From an uncultured Oscillospiraceae bacterium (lineage in GTDB: Bacteria; Bacillota; Clostridia; Christensenellales; CAG-314): a DNA stretch of 64,000 nucleotides. The notes beneath the pieces were generated by a model, which saw only the letters and a list, made by a program, of their open reading frames with translations, was not told where the DNA came from and did no database searches. Within the stretch, counting starts at the first letter, position 1; the number at the start of each line of letters is the position of its first letter. The stretch is from the NCBI GenBank assembly GCA_964607155.1, contig CAZSIF010000003.1, positions 19,498 through 83,497 of the forward strand, read 5' to 3'. Position numbers and translations under genes: made by a program. Of the stretch, positions 39,613 to 49,447 are shown one piece after another.

Positions 39613-39843
39613 TTTTTCTCCTTGAGGTAGTATATTGTCGTTTTTGCTCGGTAATGGCAAGTATTTTATCGTATTTTGCAGATGTTTTTTTGTTGATGCG
39701 TCGGCAGGTGACACGCGCTTTCCTACATAATGTTTTTTCGCGCGGTTTGCTTGTCAAAAAAGTGTATTGGATATATAATTATAAGCGGTCGATGGCTTTT
39801 GTTGAATAGGTCGCAATCTATTATAACGTTTGGATTACTGCTG

Positions 39844-40755
39844 ATGAAATGTAATTTATGTCCAAGGGGTTGCAATGCGGATCGTAGCGTTGGCGGCGGA
39901 GTGTGTAAAACTCACCGTCTTACAATATCGCGCATTGCACCGCATATGTGGGAGGAACCCTGTATTTCGGGTGATAAGGGCAGCGGAACGGTGTTTTTTG
40001 CAGGCTGCAATTTGCACTGCAGGTTTTGCCAAAACTACGATATTTCAGTTGTGCCGCATGGCGCGGCGCTTTCTCCGCAAAGACTTGCCGACGTGTTTTT
40101 GTATTTGCAGGATATCGGCATGGCTAATATCAATCTTGTTACGCCCTCGCATTTTTCCGATGAGATTGCCGTTGCGTTGGAATTAGTAAAAACACGCTTG
40201 AAAATACCTGTGGTGTACAACACAAGTTCATACGAAAGGGTATCAGCACTAAAACGGTTGGAAGGTTTGGTGGATGTTTATTTGCCTGATATAAAGTTCT
40301 TTTCACCAACGGTATCATCCAATTTTGCCTCTGCGCCTGATTATTTTGAGGTTGCCTCTAACGCTGTTCGAGAAATGAAGCGTCAGCAGCCAGTTGATTG
40401 CTTTAACTCCGAAGGGTATTTGACAAAAGGGCTTGTGATACGACATCTTGTTTTACCTGGGCATGTAGAGGATACAAAACAAATACTTGATTGGATTGTA
40501 AAATTTGACGCAGATAGCTATGTTTCGCTTATGTCGCAATATTTTGTAGCGCACGCGGACGATAAATATCCGCAGCTTAACAGACGGCTATATCCGCGTG
40601 AATACAACGCGGTTAAACAATATTTTTTCAATGTGGGGCTTCGCAATGGATACTTTCAAGAGTTGTCGTCGGCAACGGAGGATTATTTGCCCGATTTTGA
40701 CGATGATGCATTGCTTAAAACACTGGATACTGTGCCAAGGGTGTTTGATATGTAG
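39844..40755 (+). CDS. Radical SAM protein (PflX/pyruvate-formate-lyase-activase-like)
   Basis: The ATG at 39844 gives MKCNLCPRGCNADRSVGGGVCKT. Radical SAM motif CNLHCRFCQNY. Confidence 0.8.
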   Translation: MKCNLCPRGCNADRSVGGGVCKTHRLTISRIAPHMWEEPCISGDKGSGTVFFAGCNLHCRFCQNYDISVVPHGAALSPQRLADVFLYLQDIGMANINLVTPSHFSDEIAVALELVKTRLKIPVVYNTSSYERVSALKRLEGLVDVYLPDIKFFSPTVSSNFASAPDYFEVASNAVREMKRQQPVDCFNSEGYLTKGLVIRHLVLPGHVEDTKQILDWIVKFDADSYVSLMSQYFVAHADDKYPQLNRRLYPREYNAVKQYFFNVGLRNGYFQELSSATEDYLPDFDDDALLKTLDTVPRVFDM

Positions 40756-40900
40756 TCCGTTTGTCTATTGTTGGCAAGCTTTGCAATATCAGCCTATTAT
40801 TGCGTATACTGGGCGTTAGTGTTAATTTTGGACGTAGGCTTTACGCTTGCAGAATGCAAGTGTATTTTGCGGATTTCTCAATAATTAAAAAGGAGTTTAG

Positions 40901-41644
40901 ATGTTAACGTTTTTGTCTGATTCAAATTGGTCGATTGGCGAAATAGTTGTCGCCATTGCGGTTATTGCTACAGTTATCGTGGGCTGTTGCGTTGCGCTTT
41001 TTATCGCACGAAAAAAAAGGATAAAACAGGGCGTATTGGTAAAGTACGATGTTAAGCTGTGGGATTTGTTCATTGTATTTTTTCGCACAGGAGCATTCAC
41101 CTTTGGTGGCGGATATGCCATGATAGCAATCCTTGAGGACGAACTTGTGGAAAAAAAGCATTGGATAACCTCACAGGATATGCTGGATATGATTGTAATT
41201 GCGGAGTCTACTCCCGGAGTTATTGCTGTAAACACGGCAACCTCGGTGGGATATCGTAAACACGGCGTTATCGGTGCGATAGTCGCAACGATCGGAGTAG
41301 TGTTGCCCTCATTTTTGCTTATTGCTGCTTTGTCTTTTGTGATAAACGAGTTTTCGCAAAATTATTGGTATCAGGCGGCGTTTGCTGGCATTCAGGCATG
41401 CGTTAGCGTGCTTATTATCAATGCATTTGTTAAAATGTTCAAGCAGGTGGATAGTGATTTGTTTAGCTATCTTGTTATGGCTGCGGCGTTTGCGGTTGCG
41501 GTTTTTACTGATTTTGATGTTATTTACTTGATAATAATCGGCGGTGTGCTGGGTTTTGCAGTGTCGTTCTTAAAACGCAGACTGTGTAGGCATGATGAGG
41601 TTTTGCCAATTGCCCCGAGCGATAGCCTCGAGGAGGATAAATAG
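40901..41644 (+). CDS. chrA: Chromate transporter family protein (first CHR half, with an extra N-terminal TM extension)
   Basis: FRTGAFTFGGGYAMIAILEDELVEKKHWIT is a CHR-domain signature. It is preceded by about 45 aa containing an additional TM helix. Confidence 0.8.
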   Translation: MLTFLSDSNWSIGEIVVAIAVIATVIVGCCVALFIARKKRIKQGVLVKYDVKLWDLFIVFFRTGAFTFGGGYAMIAILEDELVEKKHWITSQDMLDMIVIAESTPGVIAVNTATSVGYRKHGVIGAIVATIGVVLPSFLLIAALSFVINEFSQNYWYQAAFAGIQACVSVLIINAFVKMFKQVDSDLFSYLVMAAAFAVAVFTDFDVIYLIIIGGVLGFAVSFLKRRLCRHDEVLPIAPSDSLEEDK

Positions 41645-41645
41645 T

Positions 41646-42269
41646 ATGGCGTTTTTGCAGTTATTTTGGGAATACTTTAAGATAGGCTTGTTTACAATCG
41701 GCGGCGGTTACGCAATGCTTCCGATGGTCACGCAGGCGATGACAAAATACGGTTGGCTATCAGAGGAACAATTAATTCAGTTTATCGGCGTGGCGGAATC
41801 CACACCGGGACCATTTGCGATAAACGTTGCTACCTTTGTTGGCATGAACGTGGGCAGTTCAACCTCTCTTGGCGTAGTGGGTGGATTTTTGGGCGCACTG
41901 TCTGCAACGGTGGCGGTGGTTTTACCATCGTTGATTATCATTATTGTGGTAACGCGTGTGTTTGATAGGTTCAAAAAATCCTTTGCCGTAAACGGTGCGC
42001 TGTACGGCATTCGCCCTGTTGTGGTCGGATTGATTCTGTCATCCGTGGTAACGGTGACGGCGCGATTGGTTTTTCCGAACCTGCGTTTGACGGATATTAC
42101 CGCAGACGGCTTTGCTGATTTCAGCTTGACATCACTATTGCTGATATTGGCATTTTTACCGCTTTCTCGCATTAAAATTAAGGGCAAAAAAATTCACCCC
42201 GTGTTTTTGATATTATTTTCGGCAGTGATTGGCGTTCTGCTATTTGGTGTGTGTGGCATTCCATGCTAA
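41646..42269 (+). CDS. chrA: Chromate transporter family protein (second CHR half)
   Basis: The ATG at 41646 gives MAFLQLFWEYFKIGLFTIGGGYAMLPMV. It begins 1 nt after the first half ends. Confidence 0.8.
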   Translation: MAFLQLFWEYFKIGLFTIGGGYAMLPMVTQAMTKYGWLSEEQLIQFIGVAESTPGPFAINVATFVGMNVGSSTSLGVVGGFLGALSATVAVVLPSLIIIIVVTRVFDRFKKSFAVNGALYGIRPVVVGLILSSVVTVTARLVFPNLRLTDITADGFADFSLTSLLLILAFLPLSRIKIKGKKIHPVFLILFSAVIGVLLFGVCGIPC

Positions 42270-42601
42270 TGTTTGCAGCTTTATTTTGATGAATAATATA
42301 ATGGCTTGTATTGGCGCGATAGCAATAATAAAAACTTGTTGAGGCTATGTTGGATAAAGCTTACCCTATTATTGTACAGGCAATTATGTGTTATTGGGCG
42401 CGCATAGGTGCGTTGTCACTATGTTTTTTTGTCTTACAAGTGAGTTCGTGCAGTTTGCGGAGACAGAAGTTTATTTGCGTCACGGAAAATCAGCTGTGGT
42501 GTGAGATGGCGTCTTGTTGCATAAGTATAGCAATCAATAACAAATAATAATATTATGCATAATACTATTACTGACATATTGGCTAAATGAGGTGATTTTT
42601 G

Positions 42602-43366
42602 ATGATAATTAAAAACGAAATTCCTATTTTGGAATTTGATAACGAAGAAACGGCGGTTTTTATGCCTACGCATGAGTGCTTTGATTTGCATTTGCCACAG
42701 AGAGCGGTGTTTGCTTTTTTGGGCGAGCACGTCGATAAATATGCGCAGGAGCATAATGCAAAGATTGTTGGAAATTTTTTATCAGCTACAAAGGTGTATC
42801 CTGTGTATGTTGTAAGCTATATGGGGGAGGACGTATGCTTGTGTCAAGCGCCGGTTGGTGCTGCTCCTGCCGCACAGCTGTTAGATTGGCTTATCGGATA
42901 CGGTGCACGAAAGATTATTTCTGCAGGCTCGTGCGGCGCGCTTTGTCCCTTTGAGGAAAACGTCTTTCTTGTTCCGTACAAGGCGTTAAGGGATGAAGGC
43001 ACGTCCTATCACTATATGTCCCCATCGCGTTTTGTGGAGATTGACCGCACGGCAATCGATGCTATAAAAAAGACTTTTGAGGAACGCAAAATAGCTTACG
43101 AGGAAGTTGTGGCTTGGTCTACAGATGGTTTTTTCCGCGAAACAAAACAAAAGGTGGAGTATCGCAAACAAGAGGGCTGTCAGGTGGTGGAAATGGAGTG
43201 CTCGGCATTAGCTGCTGTTGCCGCGTTTAGGCATGTGACATGGGGCAGCATATTATTTACAGCCGATACTTTAGCCGATCCGAATAAGCATGACCAGCGT
43301 AGTTGGGGTAGGGCTTCTTTTTCGTACGCATTGCAGCTTTGTTTAGATGCGGTAATAAAGCTGTGA
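42602..43366 (+). CDS. Nucleoside phosphorylase (PNP/UDP family)
   Basis: The ATG follows GAGGTGA. GAAPAAQLLDWLIGYGARKIISAGSCGAL and VVEMECSALAAVA are typical of the family. Confidence 0.7.
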   Translation: MIIKNEIPILEFDNEETAVFMPTHECFDLHLPQRAVFAFLGEHVDKYAQEHNAKIVGNFLSATKVYPVYVVSYMGEDVCLCQAPVGAAPAAQLLDWLIGYGARKIISAGSCGALCPFEENVFLVPYKALRDEGTSYHYMSPSRFVEIDRTAIDAIKKTFEERKIAYEEVVAWSTDGFFRETKQKVEYRKQEGCQVVEMECSALAAVAAFRHVTWGSILFTADTLADPNKHDQRSWGRASFSYALQLCLDAVIKL

Positions 43367-43377
43367 ATTATACATTT

Positions 43378-43430
43378 AATCGTGTCGTGTTACTAATTGC
43401 CTTATGTGCGGAACGCGACGCGATTTTTTT
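43378..43430 (+). terminator. Rho-independent terminator
   Basis: A 14-bp stem, AATCGTGTCGTGTT with AACGCGACGCGATT (two G-U pairs), followed by T7. Confidence 0.8.
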
Positions 43431-43595
43431 ATGCTTGCTGATGCCCTGTATCTATTTGTTGTTTTGAGGAATGGAAGGTAAACTGTGTCTTGTATGGGCT
43501 AAAACTCTTGCTGCCTTGCCTCAATTAAGCAATTAAAATCAAACCGAACGGTGTATTAGAGTGCTATAATCTATACGCGTATAAGGAGGTAATTT

Positions 43596-44567
43596 ATGGC
43601 AAAGGAATGGCAACGGAACGTTCAAGATATAGTTGAGCATATAGATGTGTGTATCGATAAAGGAAACGACGAAGCATTAACGCTACAAAGTTTATCAAAA
43701 TGCTTTGGCTATTCGCCGTATCATATTTCGAGACGATTCAAGCAAATATCTGGCATGCGCCTGCGTGATTATTTGTCGCTTAGACGGTTGGCGTTTTCGC
43801 TAAAGGAAGTGCGTGATACAAACCGCAGTTTGTTGGATATTGCCGTAGCTTACGGGTTTTCGTCGCACGAGGCATTTACGCGTGCCTTCAAGCGAGTGTA
43901 TGGTATTGCTCCGCAGGACTATCGGCAAAACCCGAAGCCTGTTGTGTTGCGCACTATCATTAAGCCTTTCGATTGTTATTTGTTGGAGTCGGGTGGAATG
44001 TTGGCAAATGATGTCGGCGATATTAAGGTGTATTTTGTCACTATCCCCGCACACAAGTTTTTGCATATACGCAATTATCATAGTGTGGGTTATTGGGATT
44101 TTTGGCAAAAGCAAAGCTTAGTTGAGGGGCAGGATTGCGATACGATTTGTGGTTTATTGGATAGTATCAAGGGAAAACTGGACGATTTTGGTGGGAAAGA
44201 ACACGATAGTGGTAGCGGTCAGGTTATGGCATTTATAAATGAGCCGAACGGGCGTTTGTGCAGTTGGGGTATTCCTCTGGCAGAGGCGTATGGTGTACGC
44301 TTGCCGTCAGATTACGATGGCGCAGTTCCGCCTCAAATGTTGTTGATGGATGTTGCCGCGGGAGAATATATTGTCTTTGAGCATGGTCCGTTTGATTTTG
44401 AAACGGAAAACTCTGCGGTCGAAGCAAAAATCGAGCAGGCAATGAAACAATTCGATTACACTGCAAGCGGCTATGAATTGGATGTCACGCAAGGGAGAGT
44501 TTTTTATTTTTATCACGATTGTCAACGTTATTTTAAGTATGTACGCCCTATAAGAAAGATTAGGTAG
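43596..44567 (+). CDS. AraC-family regulator with a GyrI-like effector-binding domain
   Basis: The N-terminal HTH_18 region reads LQSLSKCFGYSPYHISRRFKQISGMRLRDYL...GFSSHEAFTRAFKRVYGIAPQDYR. The C-terminal half is about 190 aa. Confidence 0.8.
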   Translation: MAKEWQRNVQDIVEHIDVCIDKGNDEALTLQSLSKCFGYSPYHISRRFKQISGMRLRDYLSLRRLAFSLKEVRDTNRSLLDIAVAYGFSSHEAFTRAFKRVYGIAPQDYRQNPKPVVLRTIIKPFDCYLLESGGMLANDVGDIKVYFVTIPAHKFLHIRNYHSVGYWDFWQKQSLVEGQDCDTICGLLDSIKGKLDDFGGKEHDSGSGQVMAFINEPNGRLCSWGIPLAEAYGVRLPSDYDGAVPPQMLLMDVAAGEYIVFEHGPFDFETENSAVEAKIEQAMKQFDYTASGYELDVTQGRVFYFYHDCQRYFKYVRPIRKIR

Positions 44568-44772
44568 TTTTATGCTGCTAAAACCAGCCTAAGGGCAAAA
44601 TAGCATAAAAGCGATGTTTTGTATTTATGAAAGTGTGGACTGATAAAGTGGGAATGTTTGCTTGAAAGCAAAACTGCAAAAATGGTTCGTTATGCATAGT
44701 GTACTCGTTACAATGCGTAGGCGCAAGTGCTTGAAAAAGTAGTTTGTGGCGGTAAGTAAAACAATAAAGGTT

Positions 44773-44806
44773 ATGCCCCGAGTAGGTTAAAGCTCGGGGC
44801 ATTTTG
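44773..44806. terminator. Hairpin terminator between convergent genes
   Basis: ATGCCCCGAG (44773-44782) pairs with CTCGGGGCAT (44793-44802), followed by TTTT. Confidence 0.75.
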
Positions 44807-44862
44807 CGTAACTATGTTTTTTTGTTTCGTTGGTTGTCGTGCGTTAATATCAAAGCGACCTA

Positions 44863-45891
44863 TTATTCGTCGATAAATCCAACAAGCAGCTTTAACGTGT
44901 TTTCCACTCCTTCGATATGACTGCGTTCGTAGCCGTGGCTTGCGTACACTCCTGCGCCGATAAGTGCGTGTCGCACATCTGCTCCAGCATTAAGCGCGGC
45001 GTCGGCGTCGCTGCCGTAAAACGGATACACGTCGAGCGCATAGCTTGCGCCTTGCTTTTTGGCTGCGTTGATAAGGCGACTTATCATATTGTAGTTGTAG
45101 GGACCGTGGCTGTCTTTGACGCAAATGGAAACGTCCAGCTCGGTGCAGTTCAAACCGTTGCCAACGCATCCCATATCGACGGCAAGCAGCTCGGTTACAT
45201 CGTTTGGAATGCTTGACGAACAACCGTGCCCAACCTCTTCAAAAACGGTAAAATACAAATAGATTTTTCTCGAAAGGACAATTTTGTGATCAGCAATGTA
45301 TTTTGCAAAGGCAATGAGTATTCCTGCTGAAAGCTTGTCGTCTAAAAAGCGACTTTTAATGTAGCCGTCACCGGACATGCGACATCTCGGCTCGAACGCT
45401 ACAATATCGCCTACCGCTATTCCCAAGGCATCGACATCTTTTTTGCTTGTTACTCTTTCGTCTAAAACGACTTCGCAGGTGGTGTAGTTGCGCTCGTTTT
45501 TGTTATAGTCGTTATTAACATGCACAGATGCGTTGCAAAGCTGGAATGTTCCCTGATATTGTTTTCCGTCGCGAGTATAAATCGTAACGTTTTCCGCTTC
45601 GGCATTATTGGCATTCATACCGCCGATGTTGGTCAGGCGCAGACGTCCGTCTGATTTGATTTCCGCAATCATGCCACCAAGAGTATCTATATGCGCTGAT
45701 AGTACAAGCCCGTTACCTTCGCCGCCAAGCGTGGCGAGTACGCCGCCCTTATTGGTTCGTATTGTACTGTATCCGAGTTGGTGCAATGTATTTTCTACCC
45801 ATTTTGCGGCGTTTTCCGTGTAGCCTGTGGGGCTGTCGATGTTTAATAGTTGCATTGTTGTATCAACGGCGTAGCGTGTGTAATCCTTCAT
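44863..45891 (-). CDS. M42-family metallo-aminopeptidase (FrvX/glutamyl aminopeptidase-like)
   Basis: The start at 45891 follows AAGGAGA and gives MKDYTRYAVDTTMQLLNIDSPTGYTENAAKWV. SAHIDTLG, FEEVGHG and a C-terminal GAGVYASHGYERSH are present. Confidence 0.8.
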   Translation of the reverse strand: MKDYTRYAVDTTMQLLNIDSPTGYTENAAKWVENTLHQLGYSTIRTNKGGVLATLGGEGNGLVLSAHIDTLGGMIAEIKSDGRLRLTNIGGMNANNAEAENVTIYTRDGKQYQGTFQLCNASVHVNNDYNKNERNYTTCEVVLDERVTSKKDVDALGIAVGDIVAFEPRCRMSGDGYIKSRFLDDKLSAGILIAFAKYIADHKIVLSRKIYLYFTVFEEVGHGCSSSIPNDVTELLAVDMGCVGNGLNCTELDVSICVKDSHGPYNYNMISRLINAAKKQGASYALDVYPFYGSDADAALNAGADVRHALIGAGVYASHGYERSHIEGVENTLKLLVGFIDE

Positions 45892-46174
45892 AAAATTCTC
45901 CTTGATGTTATTGTTGAACAACGTGTATTTTTTGTAGCAAAAGCCTTTTGTGAGATTTTGAGATTTTGCAAGAATGCGCCGACGTGTTTCCAATGTAGTG
46001 CTATGAGTTGGCGGATTCTTGTAAACGAGGCGCGCTATAGATGGATTAATTATAGTACGTCGTATTATTTTTTGCAATGCTTTTGCGTAAAAAAGCCGCT
46101 ACGCAGTGGCGTACTCAAAGGACTTGCAAAAAGTCCCATGGGCACAGCACATTGAACGTGGCGGCTATATGATG

Positions 46175-48010
46175 TTATTTTACAAGCATGGCTCGCATTG
46201 CGTTTAGTATTGCAAGCATGCACACACCAACGTCTGCAAGGATTGCAATTATCATTCCGAACGAAACTGCATCCAGTGCGCCTGTTGCTGAAAGTATCAG
46301 TACTGCAAACTTGATCACTAACGAAAAGACAATGTTTTGTTTAACTATTTTCATTGTCTTTCGCGCTATTTTTTGGGCTGTTACAATGGCGGTGGGGTTA
46401 TCCAACATCAGCACTACATCAGCAGATTCAATTGCTACGTCGCTGCCCATTGCGCCCATTGCTATGCCTACGTCCGCAGTGGTAAGCACCGGTGCATCAT
46501 TGATTCCATCACCGACAAAGCCTACAGTGTGACTTTGCTTGTATCCGTCTACGATAGCCACCTTGTCCTGCGGTAAAAGCTCGCAGTGATATTCGTCTAC
46601 GTTCACGATATGCGCAATTTCGTTGGCTACCTGTTTTGTATCGCCTGTAAGCATGGCTGTACGGCATTTTTCATGTGAAAGCATTCTAACGGCTTGTATG
46701 GCGTCATCTTTCAGCTTGTCTGCAATGCAAATGTAGCCTAAAAACTTATTGTTTTTGGCAACGTATACTACGGTTCCGTGGTTGCAGGTGGTAAATTCGA
46801 TGGAGTTATCTTGCATCAGCTTTTCGTTTCCGCATAAGATGACATCACCGTTTTGGGCTATGGCGCAAACGCCCTTGCCTGCAATTTCTGTGACCTCGGC
46901 AGAGAGCTCTGCGTTGCCCTCTCTGCAAATGGATTGGGCGATGGGGTGTTTGCTGTATTGTTCAGCTATGGCTGCCGTGTTTAGTATATCAATACGATTT
47001 TCTGCGGGAAATACTTCGTCCACTTCAAAGGTCCCCTTGGTTAGTGTGCCTGTTTTATCGAAGGCAAACATGTCTATTTTAGACAGTAGCTCGATGTAGC
47101 TACTGCCTTTTATTAATATACCTTGTTTGCTTGCGGCGGCAATGCCTCCAAAAAAGCTTAGCGGCACCGATATGACAAGCGCGCAGGGGCAGGAAACGAA
47201 CAAGAACATCATTGCTCTGCGTAACCAAACGCTCCAACTGCCGATGAACAGCGGTGGAATTATACCTATTACCAGCGCCAACGCAAAAACGATGGGGGTG
47301 TAGTATTTGCTGAATTTTGTGATAAAGTTTTCTGTTGGTGCCTTTGCTGCGGTGGCATTTTCAACAAGCTCAAGAATTTTTGAAACAGTGCTGTCCTCGT
47401 ACGCTTTTTGCACGGTTATGTACAGCACACCGTCCAAGCTTATGCAGCCGGAAATTACGTTGTCGCCGACTCTTGCGCTACGCGGCACACTTTCGCCTGT
47501 GATGGCGGAGGTGTCGATGCGTGCGTGACCGTCTACGACCGCGCCGTCAAGGGGAATTCGTTCTCCGGGCTTGACAATGATTGTTTCTCCTATCTCAACA
47601 GTCGCAGGCTCAACCTCTTGTTCGATACCATTGCGTATGACCGTTGCCTTTTCGGGGCGTATATCCATTAGAGCGGCTATGCTTTTGCGACTTTTGCCGA
47701 CGGCATAGTGCTGGAAGAGTTCCCCGATTTGGTACAGTAGCATTACGGCTGCGGCGTCCGAATATTCGCCGATGGCAAACGCACCGATTGTTGCTATGGA
47801 CATCAAAAAGTTTTCGTCAAACACGTTGCCGTGAATAATGTTTTTTACGGCACGCCACAAAACGTCGTAGCCCGCAAGAATATATACTGCAAAAAACAGC
47901 AAGAATTCAACGGTTGGCGGTAATACATTGCAAAGGTGGAGTATTAGGGTGGGAATATAAAAAACAAACGATATTATTATGCGTAAAAGCAATTTTTTGG
48001 TTTTTGACAT
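46175..48010 (-). CDS. cadA: Heavy-metal (Cd/Zn-type) P1B ATPase lacking its own N-terminal metal-binding domain
   Basis: 611 aa. CPC motif VSCPCALVISVP, plus DKTGTLT and GDGINDAP. The metal specificity is inferred only. Confidence 0.85.
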   Translation of the reverse strand: MSKTKKLLLRIIISFVFYIPTLILHLCNVLPPTVEFLLFFAVYILAGYDVLWRAVKNIIHGNVFDENFLMSIATIGAFAIGEYSDAAAVMLLYQIGELFQHYAVGKSRKSIAALMDIRPEKATVIRNGIEQEVEPATVEIGETIIVKPGERIPLDGAVVDGHARIDTSAITGESVPRSARVGDNVISGCISLDGVLYITVQKAYEDSTVSKILELVENATAAKAPTENFITKFSKYYTPIVFALALVIGIIPPLFIGSWSVWLRRAMMFLFVSCPCALVISVPLSFFGGIAAASKQGILIKGSSYIELLSKIDMFAFDKTGTLTKGTFEVDEVFPAENRIDILNTAAIAEQYSKHPIAQSICREGNAELSAEVTEIAGKGVCAIAQNGDVILCGNEKLMQDNSIEFTTCNHGTVVYVAKNNKFLGYICIADKLKDDAIQAVRMLSHEKCRTAMLTGDTKQVANEIAHIVNVDEYHCELLPQDKVAIVDGYKQSHTVGFVGDGINDAPVLTTADVGIAMGAMGSDVAIESADVVLMLDNPTAIVTAQKIARKTMKIVKQNIVFSLVIKFAVLILSATGALDAVSFGMIIAILADVGVCMLAILNAMRAMLVK

Positions 48011-48022
48011 ACGTTTTTGTCC

Positions 48023-48241
48023 TTAAATTTTCAAAATACAGTCGGGCTCGACTTTTTTGCATACGGATTTGATTTTGGATAATATTTCGTCGGCGTTATT
48101 TTCATCAATATCGACTGTCATTTTTTGCGTAAGAAAATTTACCTTGCCATTAGTCACTCCGTCAATTTTGTTGATTGCGCATTCCATTTTTGCTGCGCAA
48201 TGGGCGCAATCGAGGTCTTGTAATGCTATTGTTTTTTTCAT
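48023..48241 (-). CDS. Heavy-metal-associated (HMA) domain protein
   Basis: 72 aa. LQDLDCAHCAAKMECAINKIDGV is a CxxC ferredoxin-fold metal-binding domain. It is in the same reading frame as the ATPase, separated from it by TAA plus four codons. Confidence 0.8.
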   Translation of the reverse strand: MKKTIALQDLDCAHCAAKMECAINKIDGVTNGKVNFLTQKMTVDIDENNADEILSKIKSVCKKVEPDCILKI

Positions 48242-48309
48242 CTCTTTTTCTCCTTGTAGTGTGATATATTTGGTCTTGCGAGTTTTTGAACTCGAAGCAA
48301 GCGAAGGGA

Positions 48310-48660
48310 TTATTCGGTAAGGTGCTCGATGGCAAGGTTTATTATGCCGGAAACATGCTCGTCATCAAGGCTATAACAAACCTCCTTGCCGATGCGCTTG
48401 TTGCGTACAAGCTTTGCCTGTCGCAAAATGCGTAGTTGGTGCGATACTGCTGATTTTGTCATGCCTAACAGCTCGCATATATGATTTACGCAAAGCATTT
48501 CTGCCTTGCTTAATGCCGATAAAATCCGTATGCGAGTGGAATCGCCAAAAATTTTGAATAGCTCCGCTGCATCGTATAGCAGATCCTCGTTAGGCATGCT
48601 TTTGTTTACAAATTCCAAGTAATTATTGACTATGCTTTTCTTATCAAGTTTGCTGGGCAT
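48310..48660 (-). CDS. ArsR/SmtB-family metalloregulator
   Basis: The start at 48660 follows AGGAGA. Reads AELFKIFGDSTRIRILSALSKAEMLCVNHICELLGMTKSAVSHQLRILRQAKLV. Confidence 0.85.
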   Translation of the reverse strand: MPSKLDKKSIVNNYLEFVNKSMPNEDLLYDAAELFKIFGDSTRIRILSALSKAEMLCVNHICELLGMTKSAVSHQLRILRQAKLVRNKRIGKEVCYSLDDEHVSGIINLAIEHLTE

Positions 48661-49379
48661 TAGTTTATCTCCTATTGGTGGATGCGCTGCATGAGTGGTG
48701 TTGATTGTTGTTAGACAACGGATTTTTTTTTGTTGAACAGTTGAAAGATTGTTCAACTGTTTTAAGTATATGCCTTTTGTGTTTAAGTGTCAAGCGTTTT
48801 GCAATATTTTTTTGTGGGGCGGTGTATTTTTTATTATGTAAAAAGATTGAATCGGATGTATTGTTGCGGTGTAAGGGCGCAAAGGTTTTGGAACTTAAAT
48901 TGGGTGCGAAAAATTTGATTGAAATATCGCTTGTCAATTAGCTTTTTATGTGGATGTTCATTGAAATAAAGTTTTGTGTACGAATAAAAAACGACTTAAT
49001 AAATAAAAAGAGTGTTATTGTGTTCTTGAATGAATTATGTTTTTATCAAAAATCTAAAAGAATCCGATGTGATAAATGTATTAGTTGAATATGGAAAATT
49101 GATTTTTTTTCTGCAAGCCTTATTTTGCGGCGAAGAAATGAATTGTGTATGATTAGTGTATTTTTTACGGACATATTTTTGCATCAAACAAACTGAATTG
49201 GATAGCGTAAAGATGAGTAAAAATCGCATTAATTTATTTTTTTTATTAAAAACGTCGGAGCCATAGCGAATTTTGCCAATTTGCAGAATACTATTACAGA
49301 CGTAATTCAATGGATCGTTCTACTAAAAGCTGTTTATTCTGTTAAAAAGCTTTGTTTGGTCAGTTGGTGTGATTTTGTG

Positions 49380-49407
49380 ACGTTTTTTGCGTGGATAACA
49401 TAATGTA
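49380..49407 (+). promoter_or_regulatory. Sigma-K-type promoter candidate upstream of the collagen-like gene
   Basis: AC (49380-49381), a 17-nt spacer, then CATAATGTA (49399-49407). This fits the B. subtilis sigma-K pattern AC-N17-CATANNNTA and lies about 40 nt before the ATG. Confidence 0.3.
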
Positions 49408-49447
49408 GTATAGAAACGAACTTGTTTACATAAAAGGAGGAAATGAA

